This document shows, piece by piece, positions 1 through 10,021 of a DNA stretch of 64,000 nucleotides. The stretch covers positions 608,001 to 672,000 of the forward strand of contig CAXXJJ010000001.1 in assembly GCA_963667015.2 (NCBI GenBank), given 5' to 3'. Below the pieces are notes generated by a model. That model did no database searches. It saw nothing but the letters and a program-made list of their open reading frames with translations, and was not told the origin of the DNA. The translations under genes and the position numbers were made by a program. Position 1 is the first letter of the stretch, and each line of letters opens with the position of its first letter. This stretch comes from Desulfatiglandales bacterium. Its GTDB lineage: Bacteria; Desulfobacterota; DSM-4660; Desulfatiglandales; HGW-15.

Positions 1-133
1 ATTTAACGTTCGTTCAGAAAAAGGAGCTTATAAATGGTGCCAATAACCATTTGTAGGTTTATTATGCCACCTGGTAAATTGCTCCTGGATTTGTAACTGT
101 CTGTATATTAAGGGTAAATAGCAATTTAATCGT

Positions 134-150
134 TTGGTATGGTTTATGCT
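134..150 (+). promoter_or_regulatory. sigma-54 (-24/-12) promoter
   Basis: TTGGTATGGTTTATGCT gives GG-N10-GC (GG at 136-137, GC at 148-149), about 125 bp upstream of the NfeD-like gene. Confidence 0.6.
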
Positions 151-273
151 TTTATGTAGTGCAACTGAACGGCAAAATTCGGATAATGATCCAAATGTTG
201 TTCAGGATCATTTTTTTAAAAATACCAGCATAAACAAATCAAATGAAATAATTGCAGACAGGGAGGAATAATC

Positions 274-855
274 ATGGATTCTTTTTTTTCTCAATATAGT
301 GCAGTAGAAACATTCTTTTTTATATGCGCTGTTGTTGGGGGATTTTTTGTTCTTATGAAATTCGCCATGATGTTTATGGGTTTTGATCATGATGTCTCTC
401 ATGATTTTGATTCCGGCGGACATGGCATTGATGCCCATCATTCCGATTCGGACACAGGTTTTCATGCGCTTTCCCTTCAAGGGATATCATCATTTTTAAT
501 GATGTTTGGCCTGGTTGGTCTGGCGATGTACAGGCAGAGCGGCTTCGGCTCCTTTATTTCGTTATTCGCGGCTATTATAGCCGGCTGTATTTCCGTGTGG
601 ATCATCGGGAAATTATTTTTTATGTTCAATAAGCTGAAATCCAGCGGAACAATATCAATAGACAGCACAGTTGGGGCACAGGGAAAGGTCTATATGAAGA
701 TCCCGGAAAAGGGGACGGGCCGTGTGCTGATTAACGCAAAAAACAGCCTCAGGGAGTATGATGCCTCAACCAATAATGGTGCTGGTATTGAAACAGGGGC
801 GGCCATCAGGGTTATCTGGGTTGACGGCAATGTGCTGGTAGTGGAAAGAATATAA
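274..855 (+). CDS. NfeD-like membrane protein (YuaF/YqiJ type, normally a flotillin partner)
   Basis: N-terminal TM, His/Asp-rich linker, further TMs, C-terminal OB-like domain (G..GKVY..IP..G.G.V...V.V...GNVLVVE); RBS GGAGG. Confidence 0.75.
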   Translation: MDSFFSQYSAVETFFFICAVVGGFFVLMKFAMMFMGFDHDVSHDFDSGGHGIDAHHSDSDTGFHALSLQGISSFLMMFGLVGLAMYRQSGFGSFISLFAAIIAGCISVWIIGKLFFMFNKLKSSGTISIDSTVGAQGKVYMKIPEKGTGRVLINAKNSLREYDASTNNGAGIETGAAIRVIWVDGNVLVVERI

Positions 856-889
856 AATTCAGGGAAAGGAGTCGAGTATAAATCTCGGG

Positions 890-1139
890 AAATAAAAAGG
901 GTGAAAAATTAAGGAAGTTTATCGATAAATATGTGGACCTTTCACTGGAAAAATATGGAAGCAGGGCTGTGTTAAAAAGCAGGATTGATTCCCCTCATTT
1001 TTCTTTCTTTTTTATGAGCAATAATAACAGTCGCGTAGATTTGACAGTTCAAATCCCCAGGGATGTGGATATTGCTGAATCCGGAAGCGGTGGCGTGCAG
1101 CTAACAGATGTAAGGGGAAATGTAAGCGGGGATTTATAA
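890..1139 (+). pseudogene. remnant of a DUF4097/adhesin-type beta-repeat protein
   Basis: SRVDLTVQIP and SGSGGVQLTDVRGNV motifs, but no signal peptide or proper start and the middle repeats are missing. Confidence 0.45.
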
Positions 1140-1163
1140 AAAATCTGAAGGGAGATAAACGCA

Positions 1164-1994
1164 ATGAACAAATTTAAAAAATCCTTAACGATATGCATAT
1201 TTGTATTGATGGCATTTTTATCTGTACCAGGATCCATGGTTCTGGCTGACAACTGGGAGAAGGTTGATGACAGTTCATGGTGCAGAGAGCACTCATCATT
1301 TTTTAACAAATCCGCATGTGAGGTAAGGGAGCTTAACATCGATGAAACATGGGAAAAAATTACCGTGGATGCAAATCCCAATGGAGGTATAAAGGTTGAG
1401 GGCTGGGATAAGGACAGCATCCGGATACTGGCCAGGGTGCAGGCTAATGCCAGATCAGAAAGAGATGCAGAGGAGATTATTTCAGAAATAGATATTGAAA
1501 CAGGCGGAAATATAATTTCTGCCGATGGCCCGAAATATTTCGGCTCAAAAAAATCATGGTCTGTAAGTTATTCTCTTATGGTGCCCATAAAATCGAATCT
1601 TAAGCTGTCGGCATTGAATGGCGGAATTTCAATTGATGATGTCAGCGGAGACATAAACGCAAAAACAGTAAACGGTGGAATAGCCTTAAAAAGGGTTTCC
1701 GGTGATGTTGAGGTGGATACTCTTAACGGGGGTATAACCGCAGAACTTGACGGCGAAAGATGGAAGGGAAGGGGCTTTGAAGCACGGACTACCAATGGCG
1801 GTATAAAGGTGGAAGTGCCCGAAGGTTATTCCGCTGATTTGAGGGCGAGTACCCTTAATGGCGGGATACACGTTGATTTCCCCGTAAAGGTCCAGGGATG
1901 GATAAAAAAGAACATAGAGACCACACTGGGCGATGGAGGTGCTCCCATTGTATTGAAAACAGTGAACGGCGGGGTGAGTATTGAAAGGAAATAG
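1164..1994 (+). CDS. exported DUF4097-family beta-strand repeat protein
   Basis: signal peptide; repeated (T)xNGGI units. Confidence 0.8.
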   Translation: MNKFKKSLTICIFVLMAFLSVPGSMVLADNWEKVDDSSWCREHSSFFNKSACEVRELNIDETWEKITVDANPNGGIKVEGWDKDSIRILARVQANARSERDAEEIISEIDIETGGNIISADGPKYFGSKKSWSVSYSLMVPIKSNLKLSALNGGISIDDVSGDINAKTVNGGIALKRVSGDVEVDTLNGGITAELDGERWKGRGFEARTTNGGIKVEVPEGYSADLRASTLNGGIHVDFPVKVQGWIKKNIETTLGDGGAPIVLKTVNGGVSIERK

Positions 1995-2237
1995 AAAAAA
2001 TGAACGTCCAACATCCAACGCTCAACTTTCAATGTCCAATTAAAAACGAAAAGCCAATCTTTAATACTAAATGCTGGGTAATAATTTCAGTAAATGATTA
2101 GATATTTAAAATTGGTTGGATCCAGGTTTTCTTCAAACTGCTATTAAAATAAAAGGCGGTTTTCAGTATGAATTATTTTTAGTTGCCTTTTATTAAAAGT
2201 TGGATGTTTAAAGTTTAAAGTTGGACGTTCATTTTTT
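1995..2237. repeat. inverted repeat with inward heptamer arrays filling the intergenic region
   Basis: AAAAAATGAACGTCCAAC (1995-2012) and its reverse complement (2220-2237), each continued by degenerate 7-mers. Confidence 0.75.
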
Positions 2238-2240
2238 TCT

Positions 2241-3791
2241 TTATTTATACTGCCCCACATCAATCTCATACTTCCTCACCCTCAAGGCAATCACCCTTTC
2301 CGTGCTTGCCAGAATCCTTGCCGCCTCTGCAATATTTCCTCCTGAAGATTTTAAGGCCTCTATTATCATATCCCTTTCAAATGCCTCCAGAGCGGCTGAA
2401 AGAGATCCTGTATTTTGTGTGTCAGAAATTTCAGGGGTCTGCAGGGTAAAGGGAAGATGATTCCCTCTTATTACTGTATCCCTGCACAGAATCACAGCCC
2501 TTTCTATGCAGTTTTCAAGTTCCCTTACATTTCCAGGCCAGTGATATCTCATGAGCGCATCAATGGCAGGCGTGGAGATTCTCCTGATATCCTTTTTATA
2601 TTTTTTTGCGTAGGATTCCACGAAGTAGTCTGCCAGAAGAAGGACATCGGTTTTTCTTTCCCTCAGCGGCGGCATAAATATTGGAAAGATATTCAACCGG
2701 TAGTAAAGATCCTCCCTGAAGTTTCCTTCTTTGATTGAATTTTCAAGGTCCTTGTTTGTTGCTGCAATAATGCGCACATCAACCCGTATGGTTTTTGAGC
2801 CTCCTACTCTTTCAAGTTCCATCTCCTGCAGTACCCTGAGAAGCTTTGCCTGGGCACCCGGTTTAAGTGTTCCGATTTCATCGAGGAAGATGGTTCCATT
2901 GTTGGCACGTTCGAATTTACCTATTCTTCTTTCAGTTGCGCCGGTAAAAGAACCTTTTTCGTGTCCGAACAGTTCACTTTCAATAAGGGTTTCGGGAATG
3001 GCCGCGCAATTGATTTTAATAAAGGGGCCCTCGGCCCTGGGGCTGTTATAATGTATGGCGTTGGCTGCAAGCTCTTTCCCTGTACCGCTTTCTCCCCGGA
3101 TAATTACCGTGGCGTCACTTTCGCAGACCTGCTCTATCATGCTGAAGACTTCACGCATCTTGTTGCTGCGGCCTACAATGTTATACTGGCTGTATCGCTC
3201 CCTGAGCTGTTCCCTAAGGGTCGTATTTTCTTCCATCAGGCGCTTTTGTTCATCAGCCGCCATCCGGCTTATTTTTACTGCCTGAGCGATATTTGAAGAG
3301 AGTATGGAGAGGAAACGCACATCCTCTTCAAGGGAAATCTCGTTGTTGAAAATCCTGTCAACACTTAACGCCCCGTAGGTAATGGCCCCTATTTTTATTG
3401 GTACACAGATAAAGGATATACTGTTTTTAGGGATTTCATGTCTTGCTCCGGTCCTGTCAAGAAAGAGAGGATTATCGCCTACCCTTGGGATTATTATTGG
3501 CTCTCCCTTTTCTACAACTGTACCGGTTACGCCTTCACCCAGTTTATAATGTCCCTTTTTCATCTCCTCTCTGGTGAGGCCATGGGCAACCTCAATCATT
3601 AGTTCATGTGATTCCGTATCAATAAGGGTAAGTGTGCCCCTTTCCATGCCCATTTTGGAATGGAGTATGTCAAGGACCGGTCCCACAACCTCTTTTGGTT
3701 CAGAATGGGAAATTAGAAGCTGACTGATTTCGTATAGAACAGTCAACTCGAGGATTTTTCTTTCTAAATTGCTGCTGTCTTTTACGTTCAT
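2241..3791 (-). CDS. NifA-like GAF-AAA+-HTH sigma-54 activator (bEBP)
   Basis: GAF domain, GESGTGKE Walker [32 protein letters not shown], Fis-type HTH. Confidence 0.9.
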   Translation of the reverse strand: MNVKDSSNLERKILELTVLYEISQLLISHSEPKEVVGPVLDILHSKMGMERGTLTLIDTESHELMIEVAHGLTREEMKKGHYKLGEGVTGTVVEKGEPIIIPRVGDNPLFLDRTGARHEIPKNSISFICVPIKIGAITYGALSVDRIFNNEISLEEDVRFLSILSSNIAQAVKISRMAADEQKRLMEENTTLREQLRERYSQYNIVGRSNKMREVFSMIEQVCESDATVIIRGESGTGKELAANAIHYNSPRAEGPFIKINCAAIPETLIESELFGHEKGSFTGATERRIGKFERANNGTIFLDEIGTLKPGAQAKLLRVLQEMELERVGGSKTIRVDVRIIAATNKDLENSIKEGNFREDLYYRLNIFPIFMPPLRERKTDVLLLADYFVESYAKKYKKDIRRISTPAIDALMRYHWPGNVRELENCIERAVILCRDTVIRGNHLPFTLQTPEISDTQNTGSLSAALEAFERDMIIEALKSSGGNIAEAARILASTERVIALRVRKYEIDVGQYK

Positions 3792-4082
3792 AAATATAGA
3801 GCCTTAATAATGTATAAAACACCCGATACGGGCAGATTTTTGACCTGGCATTGCATGCCATAACTTAAACCGCATTCCATATATTAAGCAATTAATGGGC
3901 CATTCTAAATAATTAGTAATATCAGACAGATATGAAGTATTGTAATATGGGGAGTGTAGCAAATGGAACAATATTGTAGTAATTAGGGAAGGTGTTGACG
4001 AAAATGTATTAAAGGGATTTATTGGTAAAGCAGCAGTAATATATTGTTCCAAATATCCCCTTCACCTTCGACGAGGGTTTCT

Positions 4083-4595
4083 TTATGCCAGCTTTTCAGC
4101 GCAGGGAATACATACCTTTTTGCCTTTAATATCCCTTATCCTTGTTTCCATTACATTCTCGCCACAGGCATCACATTTTACAGATTTATGAATCCGTGCC
4201 TGTTCCGGTTCTTTTATTTTGACGGTTTCAAGAGTGAGGATTTCCGATTCATCGGCCCTCAAGAGGTATTCTATCATTTGTTCCCTGCTTATCTCCCGGG
4301 GCACTCCCTTTCCGTGATAGTTTACCCTTATACCTTTACCGTTTTTTCTGGAGTAGAGGGTATAAACATGTTTTCCATAATCACGAAAAATAAGGTTTCC
4401 TTTCCCGAATGTGCAGCCTGTCACGCATTGAAGTGCGTCAACTCCGCAGGCGTTGTTTTCAACAATCGCAACAACCTCTTCATCTTCCGAACGAATAATG
4501 CTTAGCGCATTCAGGGCTGCGGTGGCCATCCGATAGCCTATTACGAGACCCGGGCATTCATGCCCATGAAACTCAACAATGTTTTTATAATCCAT
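4083..4595 (-). CDS. FmdE-family protein with C-terminal zinc finger
   Basis: FHGHECPG, ENNACGVDALQCVTGCTFGKGNL, CDACGE...CIPC. Confidence 0.85.
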   Translation of the reverse strand: MDYKNIVEFHGHECPGLVIGYRMATAALNALSIIRSEDEEVVAIVENNACGVDALQCVTGCTFGKGNLIFRDYGKHVYTLYSRKNGKGIRVNYHGKGVPREISREQMIEYLLRADESEILTLETVKIKEPEQARIHKSVKCDACGENVMETRIRDIKGKKVCIPCAEKLA

Positions 4596-4647
4596 TCCAT
4601 CTCCTCAGCATAATACCGGATAAAGGGGCTGTTCGTCTAATACAGGA

Positions 4648-5106
4648 CTATTCAAAGCATATCTCTATGGTAAATTCCCCGCCTGCAGTGACAAAGGGCA
4701 GGGCGATTATCGGCTGTTTGGTAAGATGAGATATCTTATGGTCCTTTCCCATTACAACAGAAGGGATCGCTGCCTGCAGGTTTGTTCCCTGGATTTCAAG
4801 TTTTTGCCGTGCCTGGCCGGAAATCATGTTTGCAATTTCTCCGACAGCATCACCTATCTCGTCATTTAATTCTTTCATCTCCTCTCCGAACATCCCGGAT
4901 ACTATATGAAGAATGCATTTTTCCGTAAAGGTGACAGATATTATTCCGTTCATATCTCCCGCAAGTCCAATAACGCCGGATACATCTCCTCTGGCTGTAT
5001 TATCTTTTTTAAGAAATGGTTTCCCTTTTTCTGCGTTGATACCTGCAATTGTCTGAAGAACATGTACTGTTGATTCGAGAAAAGGGTTGATTAAATTTGC
5101 ATCCAT
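4648..5106 (-). CDS. cheX: chemotaxis phosphatase CheX
   Basis: INPFLES, DVSGVIGLAG, DAVGEIANMISG; start placed at MDANL after an RBS. Confidence 0.9.
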   Translation of the reverse strand: MDANLINPFLESTVHVLQTIAGINAEKGKPFLKKDNTARGDVSGVIGLAGDMNGIISVTFTEKCILHIVSGMFGEEMKELNDEIGDAVGEIANMISGQARQKLEIQGTNLQAAIPSVVMGKDHKISHLTKQPIIALPFVTAGGEFTIEICFE

Positions 5107-5361
5107 AATATAAGCTCCTTTTAGTATAATCGGTCGCATAAACGTAACATAACTAATCGGAATATCATAGAAAAACCTTAATGATAAAAAAAATAAATTG
5201 CCTGACAGATCTCTGTTATTATAAGACTGCTTTTATTGACTTAATCCGGGGCTATTGTTAAAAAGTCTTTTTCAGTCTCAGGTTATTCAGGCCGCAGGAT
5301 GAAAAAGAAAAGGGCTCAGCCCGGTCTGTTGCAAAAGAATCTTTTTATAAGGAAATTAAAC

Positions 5362-6528
5362 ATGACAATAGCTTATCTTGACTGCTTTTCAGGTATCAGC
5401 GGAGATATGTTCCTGGGGGCACTTCTCGATACAGGGCTGCCCTTTGAAGAACTGGAAAAGGCAATAGGATCTCTTCCCTTCCACGGATATTCCATTGACC
5501 GGAAAAAAGAGATGAAAAACGGGCTCAGTGCCACCAGGTTTTTAGTTACAGTTGAAGAGCATCACCATCACCGCAAACTGCCGGATATTGAAAAAATCAT
5601 AGAGGCAGGTGATCTGAATAATGATGTGAAGCAGAGAAGCATGAGGATATTCAGGGCTATCGCCGAGGTGGAGGGGAGCATCCATAATCATCCGCCTGAA
5701 GAGGTTCATTTTCATGAGGTGGGTGCAGTGGATTCAATAATAGATATTGTTGGCGCCGTCTTTGGTGCTGACTACCTGGGAATTTCTTCCTTTAATGCAT
5801 CCCGAATCCCGCTGGGGGCCGGATTTATCAAGAGCGGCCATGGAATAATTCCAGTTCCGGCACCCGCAACCATTGCCCTTTTAAAGGGAATCCCGGTCTA
5901 TAATTCGGGGCTGGAGTATGAACTTGTAACACCCACCGGAGCTGCGCTGCTTAAAGAGTTTGTAGATGCCTTTGAAGGGATGCCCTCCATGGTTATTAAT
6001 AATATCGGCTATGGTGCAGGGACAAGAGATCTTCCTGACAGGCCCAATCTTTTAAGGATTATAACCGGGACAGATCCGGGCGGGAGCGATACAGACACAA
6101 TAGCTGTGCTTGAGGCCAACATCGATGATACAAACCCTGAATGGCTTGGTTTTATAATGGAAAGGCTTTTTGAAGAGGGGGCGCTTGATGTCATATTTAC
6201 CCCTGTTTATATGAAGAAAAACCGGCCCGGCATTCAGGTTGAGGTTATAGGCCGCCCCGAATCAAAGGATAAACTTTCTGAGGTGCTGTTTAATGAAAGC
6301 ACAACAATCGGGATTAGATACCGGCTCAGCCAGAGGAAGATTCTTAAAAGGGAAGAGACAATGGTTGAAACTCCATGGGGAAGTCTTTCGGCAAAAAAGA
6401 TAATTCGTCCTGACGGCAGCGCGTTCATACAGCCTGAGTTTGAATCATGTAAAAAAACAGCCAGGGAACAGGGTATTCCGATCAAAGATGTTTACACACG
6501 GATATTGTCTGTAAACAACCGCCCATAG
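5362..6528 (+). CDS. larC: nickel-pincer cofactor biosynthesis protein LarC
   Basis: AYLDCFSGISGDM, His run, VHFHEVGAVDSI, PVPAPAT, ELVTPTGAA, EANIDD. Confidence 0.92.
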   Translation: MTIAYLDCFSGISGDMFLGALLDTGLPFEELEKAIGSLPFHGYSIDRKKEMKNGLSATRFLVTVEEHHHHRKLPDIEKIIEAGDLNNDVKQRSMRIFRAIAEVEGSIHNHPPEEVHFHEVGAVDSIIDIVGAVFGADYLGISSFNASRIPLGAGFIKSGHGIIPVPAPATIALLKGIPVYNSGLEYELVTPTGAALLKEFVDAFEGMPSMVINNIGYGAGTRDLPDRPNLLRIITGTDPGGSDTDTIAVLEANIDDTNPEWLGFIMERLFEEGALDVIFTPVYMKKNRPGIQVEVIGRPESKDKLSEVLFNESTTIGIRYRLSQRKILKREETMVETPWGSLSAKKIIRPDGSAFIQPEFESCKKTAREQGIPIKDVYTRILSVNNRP

Positions 6529-6552
6529 ACGAAGGGAGAGGCTATACTTCTT

Positions 6553-7062
6553 ATGAAGGGGGATAAAAAAAAAGAACCTGCCCCGGGTGTTTTAAAGGGG
6601 GCAAAAGCTTTAGATAAACTGATATTGTTATTTGCCACATGGTTCGGTACGGGGCTTATCCCCTTCGCTCCAGGTACATGGGGCAGCCTTGCGGCATTGC
6701 CATTTGCAGCAGGTGCATACAGTCTTGGGATTATTTTCTCCTTCCTGTCGCTTGCTGCAATATTTTTCTTTGCCATTCCTGTTTCGGGCAGGGCCTCAAA
6801 AATAATGAACACTGAAGATCCTTCATCCGTGGTAATCGACGAGGTGGCTGGTATTTTTGTCACACTTTTTCTGATCCCTGTTTCATGGACAGCCATTGCA
6901 GCCGGATTTATGCTGTTCAGAATCTTTGATATTATAAAACCATTTCCTGTCGGCCTGATAGATAAAAGAGTTAAAGGCGGGGCAGGTATTGTGCTTGATG
7001 ATATTATGGCGGGTGTTTATGCGAATGTGTGTCTAAGAGTAATTTTAATTCTTACAAATTAA
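6553..7062 (+). CDS. pgpA: phosphatidylglycerophosphatase A
   Basis: APGTWGS, DPSSVVIDEVAG, FRIFDIIKP, LDDIMAG. Confidence 0.92.
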   Translation: MKGDKKKEPAPGVLKGAKALDKLILLFATWFGTGLIPFAPGTWGSLAALPFAAGAYSLGIIFSFLSLAAIFFFAIPVSGRASKIMNTEDPSSVVIDEVAGIFVTLFLIPVSWTAIAAGFMLFRIFDIIKPFPVGLIDKRVKGGAGIVLDDIMAGVYANVCLRVILILTN

Positions 7063-7173
7063 AATCGGCTCAGGGTTCAAGGCACAGGACGACGCCGGGG
7101 CAGAAGGCTAAGGACGCAATGCAGGATATTCCTGAAATTCTTCTCCCCTGCTGGTCGAAGTGGTTTTTTAATT

Positions 7174-7200
7174 GTAGAGACAGGTTTTAAACCTGTCTCC
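7174..7200 (+). repeat. GTAG-tagged REP-like palindrome
   Basis: GTA-GAGACAGGTTT-T-AAACCTGTCTC, an 11-bp perfect stem that overlaps the GTAG tag. Confidence 0.65.
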
Positions 7201-7393
7201 CGGGGACCATAGAAACCAGAAAAAATTTGACGTCTCCTGTTCCACCATCTTTTAATCTTAATCATGCCCTTGCTCTTTACCTTAATCCCGTGTTTTAAAA
7301 GCTGAGTAAGAGTAAGATTATGAGCAAGAGCAGGAGGGCTGTCATCAAATCAGATGGCCATAGCGGATAACCCTTTTTAAAAAGGATGTTATT

Positions 7394-7879
7394 ATGAAAA
7401 ACAGACTCAGTGATCTCCTTATATCCAGATCACTCACCATCTCAACAGCCGAATCATGCACCGGCGGACTTATTGGACACATCATAACAAGTGCTCCCGG
7501 AAGTTCGGAATATTTTATGGGCGGGATAATAAGCTACAGCAATCAGGCAAAGTGTGACCTGCTGGGTGTATCTCCTGATACACTTGAAAAATTCGGTGCG
7601 GTGAGTGACCAGACCGCCAAAGAAATGGCCGCAGGTGTAAAGGAAAGATTTAAATCAGATATCGGGCTTTCTGTAACCGGGGTAGCCGGACCGGACGGTG
7701 GAAGTATTGAAAAGCCGGTTGGTACAGTCTTTATTGGGTTTTCATTTGATAATGAACCGTTTTCAATAAAATATCTGTTCCGGGGAAACAGGTCCGAGAT
7801 AAAACAGCAGACCGCGGAAACAGCTTTAGAAAACATTAGAAGGTACCTGAATGGCGATACGTTCATTCCTGGCATTTGA
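7394..7879 (+). CDS. cinA: CinA C-terminal domain / NMN deamidase (PncC)
   Basis: TAESCTGG, YSNQAK, GAVS, SVTGVAGPDGG, KPVGTV. Confidence 0.9.
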   Translation: MKNRLSDLLISRSLTISTAESCTGGLIGHIITSAPGSSEYFMGGIISYSNQAKCDLLGVSPDTLEKFGAVSDQTAKEMAAGVKERFKSDIGLSVTGVAGPDGGSIEKPVGTVFIGFSFDNEPFSIKYLFRGNRSEIKQQTAETALENIRRYLNGDTFIPGI

Positions 7880-8426
7880 ACTTCCCCCTGGTATAAAGCA
7901 GGAAGTAACACGAATTTCAGGGGAGATTAAAAGATCAGGCCTTGAGGCAGGGTGGGTGAAACCCGGTAATATTCATCTGACAGTTGTCTTCCTGGGCGAT
8001 GTAAATGAAAAGGATATTCCAGATATAATTTCAAACATAGATAATGTCACAGTCAAATACGAATCATTTGGTATCTCACTGGGAGGCATGGGTCTGTTCC
8101 CTGATATCAGGAGACCCAGGGTCTTATGGCTCGGGCTGGACGGCGAGATTGAAAGACTTGGCTCCCTTAAAGACGACCTGCAAAGATCCCTCGAGGCTTT
8201 TGGTATTGAGCAGGAAAAAAGATTATTCAAACCACACCTGACCCTGGGGAGATTCCGCAGACCGGTAAAAGACAGGAATCTTTTAGGAAAGGTAATTGAT
8301 GAATTCAGTGATATCTCAGGTTTCAATGGAAAACTGTATGAATTAATACTCTTTAAAAGCGAACTTAAACCTGGCGGTTCGGTTTATACAAAAATTCACT
8401 CATGGCCGCTTAAGATCAGAAAATAA
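7851..8426 (+). CDS. thpR: RNA 2',3'-cyclic phosphodiesterase (2H family)
   Basis: two HxT motifs (IHLTVVFLG, PHLTLGR). Confidence 0.9.
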   Translation: MAIRSFLAFELPPGIKQEVTRISGEIKRSGLEAGWVKPGNIHLTVVFLGDVNEKDIPDIISNIDNVTVKYESFGISLGGMGLFPDIRRPRVLWLGLDGEIERLGSLKDDLQRSLEAFGIEQEKRLFKPHLTLGRFRRPVKDRNLLGKVIDEFSDISGFNGKLYELILFKSELKPGGSVYTKIHSWPLKIRK

Positions 8427-8503
8427 ATAGATGCAGTAAAGTGTGATACAACCGATTAGGTTGATTCCTTATGGCTAATTACTAAAAGCTGCAGGTTATT
8501 AAA

Positions 8504-8797
8504 ATGATGAATTCCATGAACAGGAAAACAATAAAATCGACACCCTATGGACAGGTAAGCACCTACACGTTTATAGCATCACATCTGGGTGTGCCAAAGG
8601 GTGCACGGGCTGTTGGTAATGCCCTGGCAAACAATCCTTTTCCGCTTATCATGCCCTGCCACCGGGCAATAAGGTCGGATCTGACCCTTGGCGGTTACCA
8701 GGGAGGGCTTGAGATGAAACAGACTCTTCTGGCCAGTGAGGGCATTCACTTTGATGATTCGGGGAGAGTTAAATATCCGGCATTTTATTACAACTAG
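8504..8797 (+). CDS. ogt: methylated-DNA cysteine methyltransferase, C-terminal domain only (possibly truncated)
   Basis: PYGQVSTY, ARAVGNALANNP, PCHR active site; N-terminal domain absent. Confidence 0.7.
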   Translation: MMNSMNRKTIKSTPYGQVSTYTFIASHLGVPKGARAVGNALANNPFPLIMPCHRAIRSDLTLGGYQGGLEMKQTLLASEGIHFDDSGRVKYPAFYYN

Positions 8798-8970
8798 TTT
8801 TTTATACCTGAAACCACCGTTTTTTAAAGTGGGCAATTGATTTTATTGATTTGTTTATAGTATAAGGGTGGACTTGTTTGATACATTTTTAACAAGATGT
8901 TAACTATATTAATTTAAAAGAATTTTCGTTAATTTTTCATATAAACAGGCAAACCATAAGGGGGCAAATT

Positions 8971-10002
8971 ATGGCAGAGACAGCAGAAAGAAACAAGGCG
9001 GTTGAACAGGCTATTTCTCAGATAGAAAAGCAGTTTGGCAAGGGGTCCATCATGAAGATGAGTGATGATAACGTCATCAATATTCCTGCTATTCCGACCG
9101 GTTCACTCGCTCTTGATCTTGCCCTTGGGGTAGGCGGCGTTCCCAGGGGAAGGGTTGTCGAGATATACGGGCCTGAATCCTCAGGTAAAACCACCCTGGC
9201 CCTTCATATTACCGCCGAGGCACAGAAAAGAGAAGGCATGGTTGCCTTTGTTGATGCAGAACATGCCCTTGATATGACCTATGCCAGAAAACTTGGTGTT
9301 GATGTTGACAGCCTCCTTGTTTCACAGCCTGATACCGGCGAGCAGGGACTTGATATAGCTGAAATACTTGTAAGGAGCGGGGCGATTGATGTCCTGATAG
9401 TAGATTCGGTTGCCGCCCTTGTGCCCAGGGCAGAGATAGAGGGAGATATGGGGGATTCCCATATGGGGCTTCAGGCAAGACTTATGTCCCAGGCACTGAG
9501 AAAATTGACCGGAACTATCAGCAAATCAAAGACCTGCGTAATTTTTATCAACCAGATCAGGATGAAAATAGGTGTAATGTTTGGAAACCCTGAGACAACC
9601 ACAGGCGGGAATGCTCTCAAATTCTACGCCAGTCAGCGTCTTGATATTCGCCGCACCGGTGCAATAAAGGATGGAGCAGACGTAGTCGGCAACAGGACAA
9701 AGGTAAAGGTAGTTAAGAATAAAATTGCCCCGCCCTTTAAGGAAGCTGAATTCGATATCATATACGGCCAGGGCATTTCAAAGGAAGGTGATATCCTTGA
9801 TCTTGGTGTTTCCATGGATCTTGTTGAAAAAAGCGGTGCATGGTACTCCTTTGAAGGTGAGAGAATCGGCCAGGGCAGGGAGAATGTTAAGAAATTCCTG
9901 TCGGAGAATACTGACATATTAGACAGAATTGCTGAACTCGTAAGGGAGAAGGCCGGTCTCTTTAAAGCAAAACCTTCTGAAGTAACAGAGGAACAGGAAT
10001 AG
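8971..10002 (+). CDS. recA: recombinase RecA
   Basis: [35 protein letters not shown]. Confidence 0.99.
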   Translation: MAETAERNKAVEQAISQIEKQFGKGSIMKMSDDNVINIPAIPTGSLALDLALGVGGVPRGRVVEIYGPESSGKTTLALHITAEAQKREGMVAFVDAEHALDMTYARKLGVDVDSLLVSQPDTGEQGLDIAEILVRSGAIDVLIVDSVAALVPRAEIEGDMGDSHMGLQARLMSQALRKLTGTISKSKTCVIFINQIRMKIGVMFGNPETTTGGNALKFYASQRLDIRRTGAIKDGADVVGNRTKVKVVKNKIAPPFKEAEFDIIYGQGISKEGDILDLGVSMDLVEKSGAWYSFEGERIGQGRENVKKFLSENTDILDRIAELVREKAGLFKAKPSEVTEEQE

Positions 10003-10021
10003 GATAAGGATTAAATAATAA

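Noticed and set aside
2241..3791. calling this gene nifA or inferring nitrogen fixation
   Set aside because: The GAF-AAA-HTH architecture is widespread and no nif genes are in the window.
3846..3860. sigma-54 promoter at TGGCATTGCATGCCA
   Set aside because: It is palindromic but lacks GG-N10-GC spacing on either strand.
4083..4595. methanogenesis or formylmethanofuran dehydrogenase activity from FmdE
   Set aside because: Stand-alone FmdE-family genes are common in bacteria and no other fmd/fwd subunits are present.
8860..8970. LexA box upstream of recA
   Set aside because: Only a weak TTGTT...AACAA symmetry is visible and it matches no motif I can assign with confidence.
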